Part shown: piece by piece, positions 13,221 through 24,711 of the stretch
Numbering within the stretch: the first letter of the stretch is position 1
Layout: each line of letters opens with the position of its first letter
From: Macrostomum hystrix
Taxonomy: Eukaryota; Animalia; Platyhelminthes
NCBI GenBank assembly: GCA_950097015.1
Contig: CATNEN010000005.1
Location: 1,302,001-1,366,000, forward strand
Reading direction: 5' to 3'
DNA: 64,000 bases
Program-made: the position numbers and the translations under genes
Notes under the pieces: model-generated
Seen by the model: only the letters and a program-made list of their open reading frames with translations
What the model was told of the DNA's origin: nothing
Databases searched by the model: none

Positions 13221-13520
13221 CCATTTCGAATTGGTTCTTCTGTCCTCTCTTCAGAATGCTGAATTTCAGAATTAAAAATGTACATTCTGCTCATTTGTCA
13301 ATACTCAAATTGAATGAGGTTTTACTTTTTTTAAACAGTAGAAATACTAGTAAATTTGTAGGCAATTCATGTTGATTGACAGCCGTGAGTACATTAAAAC
13401 TAGTTGACTCTACATAAATACGACTTGTACAAGTATAAATTTGTGTACTCTGCCAAAAAATAACGAGTAGCTTTTAAGATGTAATGATACGAAAAGTGAT
13501 TGACGAGAAGACAAAAAGGA

Positions 13521-14336
13521 TTAAACACGGCAATTTAAAATAGGCAGAATGGTGAAAATGCTCTCCTTCACCAGCATATTATGCGTGTAGCTTAAGTGCA
13601 TGAAGTGGTGCACAGTGTACGAACTGTTTGGCAGCTGCTTTGTCTCAAACTTTGTGCCAGCCAACCGTCTGCAGTGCAACTGCTGCAATAGTGACAGCTT
13701 TTGTGGATTATGGCACACTTTCTTAAGTTTGCTAGGTACGTTCGCAATGTCCCACAGCGGCTGGAAGGCGTCCGCCTCGGCCAGCATGTTGCCGCACCAG
13801 TCCGCAGGCCTCTCGCTGGGCGCCAGTGCGGTGTACTTGTCGTAGAATGACTGCAGCATCACGGGTCCTGTCACGAACACTGCATCATTGTGAACTCTTC
13901 CAGTTTTCTTGGCCCAGTGCTGCTCAAACCAGGGAGGCCAGTGCTCAAGAACGAAGCTGAGGAAGCTGTGGTTCGCTCGACTCATCATCAACGCATTCGA
14001 AACCAAAAAAGGCAAATTAAATGGAAAAGCGGCTTGCTCCAATGGTTCCTGGCTCCACACGGCTTCCTGGCAGCTGAAGTTTGCTGACAGTCCGGCTCCC
14101 CGCAGTCCCGACGGTCTCAGCAGCGGCGAAGGGTCTCGGAGCAGCTCAACATCCGTGTCCACGTACAGTCCGCCGACGTGATGCAGCACGACCAGACGAC
14201 CGATGTCCGATCGCTCCAGCCCGTTGACCAGCTTGCTGTAGGTGCGGCTCAGCTTCGGGTAGTGCTTGGAGATGAGCTCGGAGATCTGATTGTCGTCCCA
14301 GTGCATGAAGTGCCACCGTTGCTGGGCATTGCTTTC

Positions 14337-14380
<44 letters not shown>

Positions 14381-14872
14381 CCAGCAATCGCTTCCAAGAG
14401 CGCACAATGGGGCTCAGCTTCTGATGCAAGCGGCCGTCTTTCGTAGTCCAGTGCACAATGGGCGGTATCGATTCAGGGAAGCGATTGTGCAGCGAGCTGC
14501 AAGGCAGTCCGTCCGTCAGTGGCTCAGCTTCCCAAGGCGAAATGGTTGCGGTGCCGCCTTCCAACTCCAGACTGTGCTGTGCCGTCTGGCGTCGGACAGT
14601 CCGGTGTACCAGCTTGTAGGCTAAAGTTATTACCAGGATGATCAGCAGAAATGCTCGGCATTCTGAAAGTGATAACATATGTATGTGACCACGTACACTC
14701 GTTTTTGTAATTTATATTGTTTATTTTGGAAGTCTTGTCTGTAATAACTTTGGCATTGGCAGATTGTTAATTATCCGTCGTTCTGGTGGTAATTATAAGC
14801 TCGAATATATCGTGAATGGAATCTGTATTGATTAGGAATAGACTCACTTATAGAGTGCACGCGTGGCAGCAT
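13521..14872 (-). CDS. GT32/DXD glycosyltransferase paralog 2; exons 14872-14848 and 14662-13521
   Basis: Same motifs as paralog 1; a 25-nt ATG exon (MLPRVHSI, donor gtgagt) splices in phase 1 to tttcag; TM FLLIILVITLAY; poly-Ser encoded by an agc repeat. Confidence 0.85.
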
Positions 14873-15963
14873 TTTAAATGTGAGACGATCAACGGTGAAT
14901 CAAAGTGACGCTCATTTCCTTATGACTTTAGGAGGGTGTTCACTTTTTGTTGAGTGGTCTGTTTGGTCAGCGCGTGCTGGGCCAATCGCACGGCCGCAGC
15001 CGTGTTTAAGTTGAATGGGCTTTGAAAAGTCGTTAAGTACGTTATTGCTATTGCAGTGTGTGAACAACATTGACATATAACCAAGTGTGCGTAAACATCT
15101 CAAGCTCGTGTATAGTTTATGGCCCAAAGGCCATCAAAGAAATAGATTGAAGTGTGCAGTAAATTCCGCAACTGTGCGGTAAATGATACTCCACTTGATC
15201 TCCGTGCCATCCCTCTTCTGAGCTACAATGCAGTAAATCCCAGACGGGTATTGTCTATGGGCCGAAGGAGATGGTCTTGCGCACACACACTTGGTCATAA
15301 ATCAATGCACTTATGCTAGGCTTCCGAGTGCGTAAATCTACCATTTACACGAATGACAGCTTAATCGGTCGCAAATCATGGCAGGTCGTAGTATTACTAG
15401 AACTGTACCCACTACCCACTGCTCTCACTATTTTACCAGATCCGTTTTGCCCAGTATACATCTTGGCAGATCTTCCAGCCACTGCATACGATCTTGCTAG
15501 ATATATTCAGTTAAGCAAGTTGCCTGTAAACATCATATCCAAGTAAATTGTATATATTTTTAACCTTTTAAATATAATTTCAGTAGATCGGGCCTAAAAG
15601 CTACTTATTATTAGTATTATTATTATTATACATTTATTTTGTTTATCTGATGTTTAAGTCTGAACAATTCGATTTTTTTAAAAAGGCGATAGAAAAACAG
15701 TAGCATGCATACGATAAATGTTAGGTGAATAAAATATTTGAAATAAACAAAGGCATTAAAACAAAAAATGAAATGTAGAAATTTAAAGAGATAATTAAGC
15801 TGCGCTCGAATCCCAGTGTGTGTGTGTGTGTGTGATGATGTGCTCACACACCTGTATTTGTTACACTATTTTAGTGCTTTTGATTTATCTGCATTTCGAG
15901 GCCATCAGCTAATTAACATATATTACTGCATGAAGAAGAACTGTACGCAGATTTAATCAAATG

Positions 15964-16283
15964 AATAATAATAGTTAATAATAATTGATTACACCTGACC
16001 CAATTGGGCCAGATGTGGAGCCAAAAGCACAACCGAAGTTATTGCGCGACGCATCAGAAGGCTGCGTACGTGGCTGTTCAGTCCATGGACTGGGGGGACG
16101 CCACACCCACCTTCAATTATCCCAGCTAATGCTGGTACCCATTTAAGAGCTGGGTGATCTGAACCAATGCAGAGTGAAGTGTCTTGCTAAAGGACACAAA
16201 TTGTTCCAGTGGAGTCGGGAATCGAACCCCCGACCTTCAAGCCGTGAGTCTGATGCTCTAACCACTAGGCTACAACCTCCTAC
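15964..16283 (-). mobile_element. tRNA-derived SINE, copy A
   Basis: Reverse complement starts gtaggaggttgtagcctagtggtt (A box) and has ggttcgattcc (B box), a CORE-like gtgtcctttagcaagacac and an (att)n tail; homologous to 40958-41284. Confidence 0.85.
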
Positions 16284-17049
16284 AGCCCTCAAACGGAGCA
16301 GAAGCAAAAGAAGCAAACGACATTACCTGAATATGATGTCGTTTCGTTTCTGTTAACGCTCGTACCTTATTAGATCTTTACTCTTATAGTGTTTGTTTAC
16401 CTGGGTGTACCTTAGGAAATTCGTTTTGTCTATGCGAGCTGCTGTTCAATGAATATTTAGTCCGAGCAATATTAGCAGGAAATCAGTGAAATCAGTGAGC
16501 TTAAAAAACTTCCCAAAAGCAAAAGCCTATAATCAAATGCTTAAAACAAGTTCTCGGTTGAGTCTTATAGACCTAAACAAACGAGCGAGACAATCGAAGG
16601 CTGCTTTGTTAATGCGGGCCTAACAGTGATCAGTTGTTTCAGCTAAAAAACTTAAAATTAACTAGACGTGCCCTGTGTTTGATAATACGTGCGTGCCTCA
16701 CATGTCCGTGCCTGAGACACTGCTGAATGGTGCAGCAAAGCTAATAAGAGCGGCAGTTAAATTGAACACGTGTTCGATATCGACTTTGCTTCAAAGTACC
16801 TCTAGCCTATCCGTTAATTTCCAACAACTTATTTTAATAATTCAAGTTTTATATCAGGCGCCTCATCCTGCACCTCGATGTACGTTTCGCAGAAAGTGCC
16901 TTCACGTATAACAACCCGACAGATTTTCCGATGTACAGCGACGTCAATGGCAAACAGGAACTTCTTATAGCGAGACATGTTGAATTATAGCGTCCAAAAG
17001 AGCGACGGGTTGTTCGAGTTGCGCATGCAATTCAGCTAAAACTTATATT

Positions 17050-17913
17050 TGTTGTAATTCCTCGGTATGGTCGGCAGTTCGCCAACGCGGTAGTAGGGGT
17101 TCGGGTACGGACCGCCCAAAGCTTGCCGGGGGTGGAGGGAGGGGAAGCAGCGACCCTCGAGGCGTCCAGACACTCCGAGGAGAGACGGGGTGGACTTGGA
17201 GCGTACCGACACTCGCTAAGCCCGGACTGAAGACTTTGACTGCGAGCGGGTAGCCACTCGACAGCACCAGAGAGAGGTGGATGATGGTCTGGAGGCGTAC
17301 CGACACTTCGCAGACTCGAGGGAAGACTCTGGAGGAGAAGGATGATGATGAGCTTCTGACACTAGCAGAGGTCGGGCAGAGGAACAAGGTTTGAGCACGG
17401 ACAAATAAATAACTCGTGAATGCTTTCTTACCGGGAGGGATTGAACGCTGCACTCATGGCAAGTATTGTAGTTCAGGCTGCGTAGTTTATTATTGATCGT
17501 TCGCTTCTTACTCTTAAGTTCGCTCTAACTGAGGGCAACGTTCTCGCAATAGTACTCGGGATCGGCGCGGGGCTGGCCACGGGCAGCGCGCGCTAATAAA
17601 TAACAGCGTGGGGTGGGGGCGAGGGCATAGGGCTGGACGGGGTAGGGCTAAGCCACGCAGGGCTGGGGGGGCAAACACACAAGGCTGAGAGCAGAGAGAG
17701 AAGGAGACCGGCTAGCCAATCAGAAGTCTCCTTGGCGAGAGGCCTGATTGGACTAGCGAGGACGGCGCATGGGGCAGCCAATGGGCGAACGACAACCAAC
17801 GAAAAAGGAGGGTGGCCTAAGCCGGGGCCGGCCAGAACTGGTTTGAGCAGGTGGCCGGGGTGGAAGGGTTAGAGACGCAGGGGCAAGGTCATTGTGAGAC
17901 GCAGCTCACAACA
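17050..17913 (-). mobile_element. Solo LTR (Gypsy-like)
   Basis: Termini tgttgt...acaaca; 4-bp TSD tatt at 17046-17049 and 17914-17917; three CCAAT boxes at about 17710-17785; minus-strand aataaa near 17490 suggests the orientation. Confidence 0.75.
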
Positions 17914-18472
17914 TATTGCCTATACTTATGTAACGTTCGATGACCTAACATCCATTTAATTTCGGATTCTTTGTTTATATAAAGACTTAAATCGAATGCA
18001 TCTATATCTGCTAGGTCATATTTCACTTATTTCGTCATTTTCTATCTTTCTCTAGAATAGTTGACAGAACCGAAATAAAAATTTAAACAGAGTCAACTTA
18101 GCTCGTATATTTCTAAGCATATGAAAGTGATAGAGACTTTGAATAGTAGTCAGGTACGGCAAAAAATTCACATAAGTTGTTTACGTTACAATTGTTCCTC
18201 TGCAGTCGCTTTTGATGTAAAAAGACAACAACTTATTCTGTTTCTGGAAGTCCGTTGTATATAGTCAACATGGAATATATTCAGCAGGAGATCCTAACAC
18301 AATCCCAACACAATAACTTATTGTGTCTAATTAAATCTAACACAATATGGATTATACTCGAGATTTTTTTCCTAGTAAATACCAGAGACCAGTCGGAAAA
18401 ACATGCAGCTTTTACATCGACTTTGAAATATCCACGCGCTGTAGATACGTCGGATGCGTTGTAAAATCTCAC

Positions 18473-18533
18473 GAGCATCGCCTCTTCGTGGCGACCCGGA
18501 TGGTCGGGGCAACCCGGCCGCACCAAGATGCTC
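18473..18533 (+). ncRNA. HDV-like ribozyme core (P1 5' strand not found)
   Basis: P2 gagcatc(18473-79)/gatgctc(18527-33); P3 gcc/ggc closing L3 tcttcgt; gaccc-gg; P4 ggtcggg-gcaa-cccggcc; J4/2 ccaa. Confidence 0.65.
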
Positions 18534-18695
18534 AACTCTAGGCAACCAACCTACCCGGCACGCGCCCCAGTCGCGGCCGCGGAGCGGGTTGGATGTCAGC
18601 GACATCAGTCTCGTTTTTGTTCTTTCACTCAGCTCTTCTTCTGCCTGGCCATCCTCCTGATGCGTGCGGGGGACGTGGAAGTCAACCCTGGCCCC
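18528..18695 (+). CDS. Leader peptide ending in a 2A-like StopGo motif (…LFFCLAILLMRAGDVEVNPGP)
   Basis: ATG at 18528; gac gtg gaa gtc aac cct ggc ccc at 18672-18695; one extra C in the following C-run would fuse it to the PHD-APE frame. Confidence 0.8.
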
Positions 18696-21458
18696 CCCCA
18701 CCGGTAGGCTGTAGACGGTCATTCAGGAGCGACATCGTGCCTCTCAAGTGCGCGGTGGAAAATTGCGCGCACTCCTGCCATAAGCAGGAGTCGTGCAGTG
18801 GCTTTCGCCGGTACCAGGACCATGGCACCTGGCGCTGTCAAGATCACCTGGCAGCAGGGGCAAGGGCGGATCGCCCGACGCCTGCCAACGCCGACAGAGA
18901 GCGACGGCCTGGGGACCCGGCGGTCTGCCGCACCTGTGCTAGGGCCATCCGCCAAGGCACGCTCCCCCTCAAATGCGACCAAGATAATTGCGACGCCTGG
19001 TGTCATCGGACCATCGGACCATCATCCCGCGCTACAGGGGGTGCCCGCGCTGGCTGTGCCCCGAGCATGGCAGCCTCCCTGGTCGGACGCCCCACTGGTG
19101 CCAACCAGAACGGCAATCGCCAAGGCTCCCCGGCCGCGCCACGCTGCTGTGGTGGATGCGGCCGTCGGGTGGCGACCAACATCAACCCGATTCACTGCAG
19201 CACGTGCCAGGCTGCGTATCACAAGTCCTGCTCTGGTCTCCCGCGCAAGGCCGCCGAGTTTGCGCTGGCCCGCCAAGCCTGGCAGTGCGGCAAGTGCGTT
19301 ATGGGGCCTGGCCAAGACACTGAGCCTGCGGCGGACGAGATGGCGCCCTGTATCCGCCTCTCCACCACTGGCCGTATCAGCGCCCTCAACATTCTGCAGT
19401 GGAACGCTGACGGGCTCCTCGCCAAGGTACCGGAGCTGCTCGACCGCATCAACACGTGCAGGGCTGATGTAGTGGCGATTCAGGAAACCAAGCTGCGCTC
19501 TCAAGATATTGCGCCTCGTTTCCCGGGATATGCTGTTGTCCGGGCGGACCGTACCGAGGCGGATGGAGGTGGAGGCCTGCTCACGCTGGTGCACGAGCGT
19601 CTGGCCTTTAAGCAGGTCCCTTCCAAGCTTGCCAGCGCGATCGAGATGCTGCGGGTGCGAATTTACCTGGGCCCCAAGAAGACCCTGGACCTGGACAATT
19701 TGTACGCCCCGCCAAACCGCAATGGTGGAGAGGATGCGGACGCTCTCTGGCAGACTATCCCGGCGGGGGCTGACGTCATCTGCGGCGACTTCAACGCTCA
19801 TGCTCTCCCCTCTGGGACACTGAGCAGCCCACGGATGCTAGAGGGGACGCTCTCATGGACTGGGCCACTGGCCGGGCGCTCGCGGTGCTCAACGACGGCG
19901 ACCCGACCAGGGTCAATCGCGGTACCGGTGGCCTCAGCTCCCCCGATGTCACGCTGTGCCGTGCAGACTGGCACGACAAGGCTGAATGGAGCGTGCAGGA
20001 CGACCTTGGCTCGGATCACCTCCCTATCTTTGTCCGGCTCCGCTGCGCCGCCGCCACTATCGCCCGACGCGCTTGGCGCAAGAACGGAGTCAACTGGCAA
20101 GCTTTCACGGAGGATGCCGAGAATCAGGTGGCTGACTTCAGGAGCTCGGGGGTCTCTCTGACACAGCGGGTGCAGCGCCTGACCAAGGCTATCATCGACG
20201 CCGCATATCGTCATGTTGGGAAAACGACCTACAAACGCCCAGCGCGGCCCTGGCTGTCACATCAGGCGCGTGCAGCCATCCGCCGCCGCAATCGCCTCCG
20301 CCGGTTGGTTGGCAGTCACCGAGACGAATGGTTACAGGCGTCTGCGGAAGCGGCGCTCCTCATTAAAGAAGGCAAAGAACGATGCGGGCAGGATTTTCTC
20401 GCGGATGCGGACTTGACGCCCCCAAGGCTTGGCGGCTCATCAGGAGCCTCAGCGGGACACCCGATGACAACCAAGCTAACGAAGCTCTGGTGCACCAGGG
20501 CAAGGTCCTCTGCGATAACCGCGCCAAGGCGGAGCTATTTGCTAAGCACTACGCAGCGGTCAACCGGCTGACGTTCAGCAAGGCCGATCGTGAGCTCAAC
20601 CGTAGTGCCAAGGAGCCCACACGCAACTGTGGCGGCGACGATGACAGCTGCAGCGACATCACCATGGTGGAACTTGAGGCGGCCATTGAACACCAGCGGG
20701 CTAATGGAGCCTGCGGCCCGGACGACATCTCGCTACGCTTCCTCAAGGCCCTTGGACCTTTGGCAAGGCGCGAGCTGCTGGAAATCTTCAACCGTTCCTT
20801 CAAGACTGGGCAATGTGTGCAAGCCTGGAGGAGGGCGACCATCATCCCACTCCACAAACGTGGCAAACGAGTGAGTGACATGGCATCCTTTCGCCCAGTC
20901 AGCCTGACCTCTTGCATGGTAAAGCTCATGGAGCGCATCATCACCGCTCGGTTGTACTACATGGTCGAATCCCGGGGCTGGCTGGCTCCGCAGCAGGCAG
21001 GCTTTCGGCGATTCCACAGTTGCGAAGATCAGGTGCTCAACGTGGTGCAGGGCATCAGCGATGGATTCCAAAGCTCCCCGATGCTGCACTCCGTCATGGC
21101 TTTCTTGGACTACAGCAAGGCCTATGACAAACTCTGGCGTGAGAGGCTGCTGATCACTTTGATTGAGAAGGGCGTCCCAGGCACCTACGTCCGCGGGATT
21201 CATTCCTTCCTGCAGAATCGCGAGGCCAGGGTGTGCCTCCAAGGCGAGGTCAGTCGGTTCCACAGGCTGCGCCAGGGGCTACCACAGGCTCAGTGATCGC
21301 CCCCCTCCTCTTCATCCTGTTCCTCGATCCGGTCGTGCAGACCATCCCACCAGAGGTTCGTGTCTCCTTGTACGCCGACGACATTGCCGTGCGCAGCCAG
21401 CACCACTCTAAAATCACGGCGGCGGCCCAGGTTCAGGAAGCCGTCACCCGCATTGCGA
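18692..21458 (+). pseudogene. LINE polyprotein: PHD-like fingers, APE endonuclease, reverse transcriptase (several frameshifts)
   Basis: CxxC...HCSTCQAAYHKSC...WQCGKC; LNILQWNADG...IQETK...GDFNAH...GSDHLPI; GPDDI...FRPVSLTSCMVKLMERII...QQAGFRR...FLDYSKAYD...GLPQ/GSVIAP...YADD, split over ORFs 18593, 19855, 20382 and 21233. Confidence 0.9.
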
Positions 21459-21486
21459 ACCTTTTTGCCCGGCGGGCACTTAATCC

Positions 21487-23659
21487 CACAGATTCTATAT
21501 TATCTAGATGCGCCACTGCAGCAATTTCTAATGCATTCAGTTGCCGCTTTCAATGCCTCTGCGAAAAACCCAGGGTTTATGCCACAGACATTTTACGCTG
21601 CTGCAGTCAAGCGGCAGCCATGATCACAGATTCTATATTATATTATATTAGCCATGATCGTCTCTCACTTGCAAGCAGAGCTGCAGATTTTAAGGTTGGC
21701 ACAGCGCAATCCTCCACAACTGATTACGAACACCAACCAGTGATGAGCGGGCATCGCTGCTGCGCTGCTGCTTGTGATTCGAGGGAGAACACGCCAGTTT
21801 CACAACACGGCTTCGCTGTGCACCTGCATCAGTTTCCGAGCGATGATGAGGTGGCAGCGCAATGGATTCGAGTGCTAGAGCTCCAGAATATGGATGTGCA
21901 GACTGCGCGAAGCCGTAGGCTGAAGGTTTGCAGCCTGCACTTTAAGGACTCGGACTACCCCATCGCACCACGTGACAGGCGCTCGGCTCGGTTGAGGAAA
22001 GACGCCGTTCCATGGCCTGCAACTTTCCCTCCGCGATTGCAGCGCATGGACTGGGAGCCTGAGCCACTGCCGGATGACATCGCTGACAACATCTATCCAC
22101 CGGTCCTGCATCGCATAGATTCACCTGACGGCTCAGAAACCTCGTTTTCTGCTCAATCTGAGGCGCCAGCCTGTGATTCGCCAGCTCTGTCGACACGTGC
22201 GATTGCAGAATTACGACTGAAAGTGAAGAGGATGAGAGACAGAATTCGGAGCAAGGATCGTGCTATCAAGCGACTGCAGCGGAAGGATTTAAAATCTGGC
22301 AAACCCAGCCACAATTGTGATCTGCGTGTGCGCCAGACATCAATTGCCGCACGAGCCACCATCCGCAACCGCGGCGTTCGCTGGAGTCGTGAGCATATTC
22401 GAAACGCCATATCAATTCACCATCTTAGCCCTGCAGCCTACAAATACCTGCGACAACAGCCCGACGCTGCGCTGCCATCGCTCACTGCGCTCAAGCGAAG
22501 GACTCGATTGTTCTTTGCGGAGCCTGGGCCCTGCAGGTTCACCATCGCCGAGCTCAAGAGATCAATCGCAGAACGACCCACGCACGAGAGGATCGCTACA
22601 CTCAGCTTGGATGGAATGCGGATCTCACCCTCGATTCGATACGATGCGGCACGAGATGTCATCGTGGGAATCACTCCGAGCTCCGCATCCTTGGAAACAG
22701 CGAAGCCGATCAACCAAGCGGTGGTGGCGCACCTGCGAGCTGTGGCTGCGCCATGGAAGCAGCCTATCGCATGCTACTTCGTCAACCACAATCAGAGCCA
22801 GGTGCAGTTCCAGGCCAGCATCGAGGACTGCCTGCTTGCGGCGGACCAGGCAGGAGTGCGCGTGAAGGCACTCGTCTGCGACCAGGAGCCAACTCAATGG
22901 GCACATATTAAGAAGACTGTGACCAGCTCTCAGCCCAGCTTCGCCCATCCAACAACTGGAGAAGCAGTCTTCGTCGTTGTGGATGTTCCTCACTGTTTGA
23001 AGAACACGCAACTGCCTTCTTAAGTAAGCATAGGGCCTTCGCGGACGCCAAGTTCGGCCTCACGCAGCCAACAGAAGAATGCGCAGCTGCTTTGGGTCAA
23101 ATGGAGCAGCTGTTCCGGCAAGTGATGGCAGCCGCTTCATCCCCTGATGGCGTCCTCGCATCGATTGTACACCGATTTGAGCAAGAGGATGTTACTCTGC
23201 CTTTCTGCCAAGAGCATTTGCGCGATGGCAACGCGCGAGCTAGGCGACTCTTCGTCAGAACTCGCCTGCATCACTGGTGCAGGCAGAGAATGAGGGCGAT
23301 CCGGAGGGAGCGGGATTGCGTTGCAGCTAAGCGCAAGTTGAGCAAGTTGCAGTGACTTGCTGTGAGTTCTGTATCGATTTTGCTGAGAATTAAAGCTTAA
23401 TCAATCGTCAAATTAGATTATATGTTGCACTCCGCCCTTTGATATTTTGTTTTTTTGCATTGTTCGTCCCTGATTATGGGCTCACTGTATCTATCAGGTC
23501 CAATATATCGTGAAAAAATCAGATAGTAATAAAAGCAAGCATTTAATTGCTGATCGCTTGCTCCATAGGCACTTACTTGTCTGTGGTCAAAATTCCTGGG
23601 TTTTCGCGCAGCGGCCAGCTGGGGTATGAGTGACGCATCTAGGTAATATAGAATCTGTG
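21487..23659 (+). mobile_element. P-superfamily (THAP) DNA transposon, internally deleted
   Basis: TIR cacagattctatattatctagatgcg / cgcatctaggtaatatagaatctgtg; 8-bp TSD cttaatcc at 21479-21486 and 23660-23667; inverted subterminal motif gcgaaaaacccaggg...ccacagaca. Confidence 0.93.
21743..23355 (+). pseudogene. THAP/P-element transposase: N-terminal half (21743-23023) joined out of frame to a C-terminal remnant (to 23355)
   Basis: THAP motif CCAAAC...FP...W...VCSLHF...LRKDAVP; coiled coil; LSLDGM, LVCDQ, DVPHCLKN; then an abrupt frame switch to FGLTQPT...C-terminal segment; central domain missing. Confidence 0.85.
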
Positions 23660-23691
23660 CTTAATCCTGCCCGATAATATCATAGACTACA

Positions 23692-24711
23692 TTAAAGCCC
23701 GCTTTCAATAAATATGCGTCGAACCAAGACCTCCTTCCTGCAGAACCAGTCACCGCCAGTCCAGTTGGCCCTCGGTCTTGGGAACAGGTTCGGGTTGTCG
23801 CTAGGAAGCTTCTCTAGGTAGAGAGTGAATGCCTCAACGGGGCATACGGCCTTGCCCTTATCGCTCACCGGAAAGATACCGATTTCCTTCCTGGTGCTGG
23901 CACTCTTGGCGGAAACATTCTTCTCCTTCTTCTCCTTCACTAAATCGACATATTCGACATGTCCGTCGCGTCGCTTCACTATAACGTCATTTTTCATCAA
24001 AGCTCGGATCCACTCCCGACCTCTAAATCCAAAGTGGAACACGATGAGAAACAGCACCTCATACTGGAGCCTCTTTGCATCTGCTCTGGTGAAGTACACG
24101 TGCAGCTTAGACATGTCCTCGCTGTCTATTGCTGGATATTCGGCCTTACCGCCAACAACAGACGTCGGTTGCTTCAGCGAGTACGTTACGGCAGCTTTGA
24201 AGGTCTTATCCAGCTCAAAAAAATCCGGATTTCCAATGAGAGGCATACCTCGCTTTTCCAGTAGGAAACGATGAATTGCAGCCCTTATGCACACAAGTGT
24301 GCTACAACTGTAAGCAGTGCCATCGGGCTTCTTGAGAGTAGAGAAAAACAAACGGAGATAGTGACACACGTATCTTGGCGGCATGCTCTCGAGGTCAGTT
24401 GACAAACCTCGCTCAGCTAGAAAGGCCTTCACCTTCTCAGAGTAGATCCTGGTCTGCTTCTCGGTAGATCGCACAGCGCAATCATTCTCCAATTTCGAAA
24501 TCTCTTGTACGTCGCTCTCGCTTAACTCCGAATAATCTGACAATCCCAGCATAAACTGCTCGACGAAGCTTGCGTCGAGAGTCACGAGTCCGGTGAATTG
24601 AGATATCGCAGTATCTCCGGAGCGGTTGACCGATTCATCAGTGACGAAGCGCAATTCATCAGTGGACAAGCCTACAATCTCGCCTTCCACTATTCCGTCG
24701 TAGTTGATCAT
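23692..24711 (-). CDS. DUF3504/KCTD1-like tyrosine recombinase (Crypton type), C-terminally truncated
   Basis: YLRLFFSTLKKPDGTAYSCSTLVCIRAAIHRFL; FHFGFRGREW (catalytic R); CPVEAFTLYLEKLP...LFPRP...WF; stops before the expected HxxR and Tyr residues. Confidence 0.8.
   Translation of the reverse strand: MINYDGIVEGEIVGLSTDELRFVTDESVNRSGDTAISQFTGLVTLDASFVEQFMLGLSDYSELSESDVQEISKLENDCAVRSTEKQTRIYSEKVKAFLAERGLSTDLESMPPRYVCHYLRLFFSTLKKPDGTAYSCSTLVCIRAAIHRFLLEKRGMPLIGNPDFFELDKTFKAAVTYSLKQPTSVVGGKAEYPAIDSEDMSKLHVYFTRADAKRLQYEVLFLIVFHFGFRGREWIRALMKNDVIVKRRDGHVEYVDLVKEKKEKNVSAKSASTRKEIGIFPVSDKGKAVCPVEAFTLYLEKLPSDNPNLFPRPRANWTGGDWFCRKEVLVRRIFIESGL

Larger units (their letters stand above)
18473..21458 (+). 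mobile_element. Ingi-like non-LTR retrotransposon, 3'-truncated and frameshifted
   Basis: Sharp GC shift; order of ribozyme core, 2A leader, PHD-like fingers, APE endonuclease and RT; ends abruptly after YADD at the junction with a Crypton-type end. Confidence 0.85.

Noticed and set aside
6189-17913. The hAT MITE (6189-7052) and the solo LTR (17050-17913) are both 864 bp
   Set aside because: No sequence similarity and different termini and TSD lengths; coincidence
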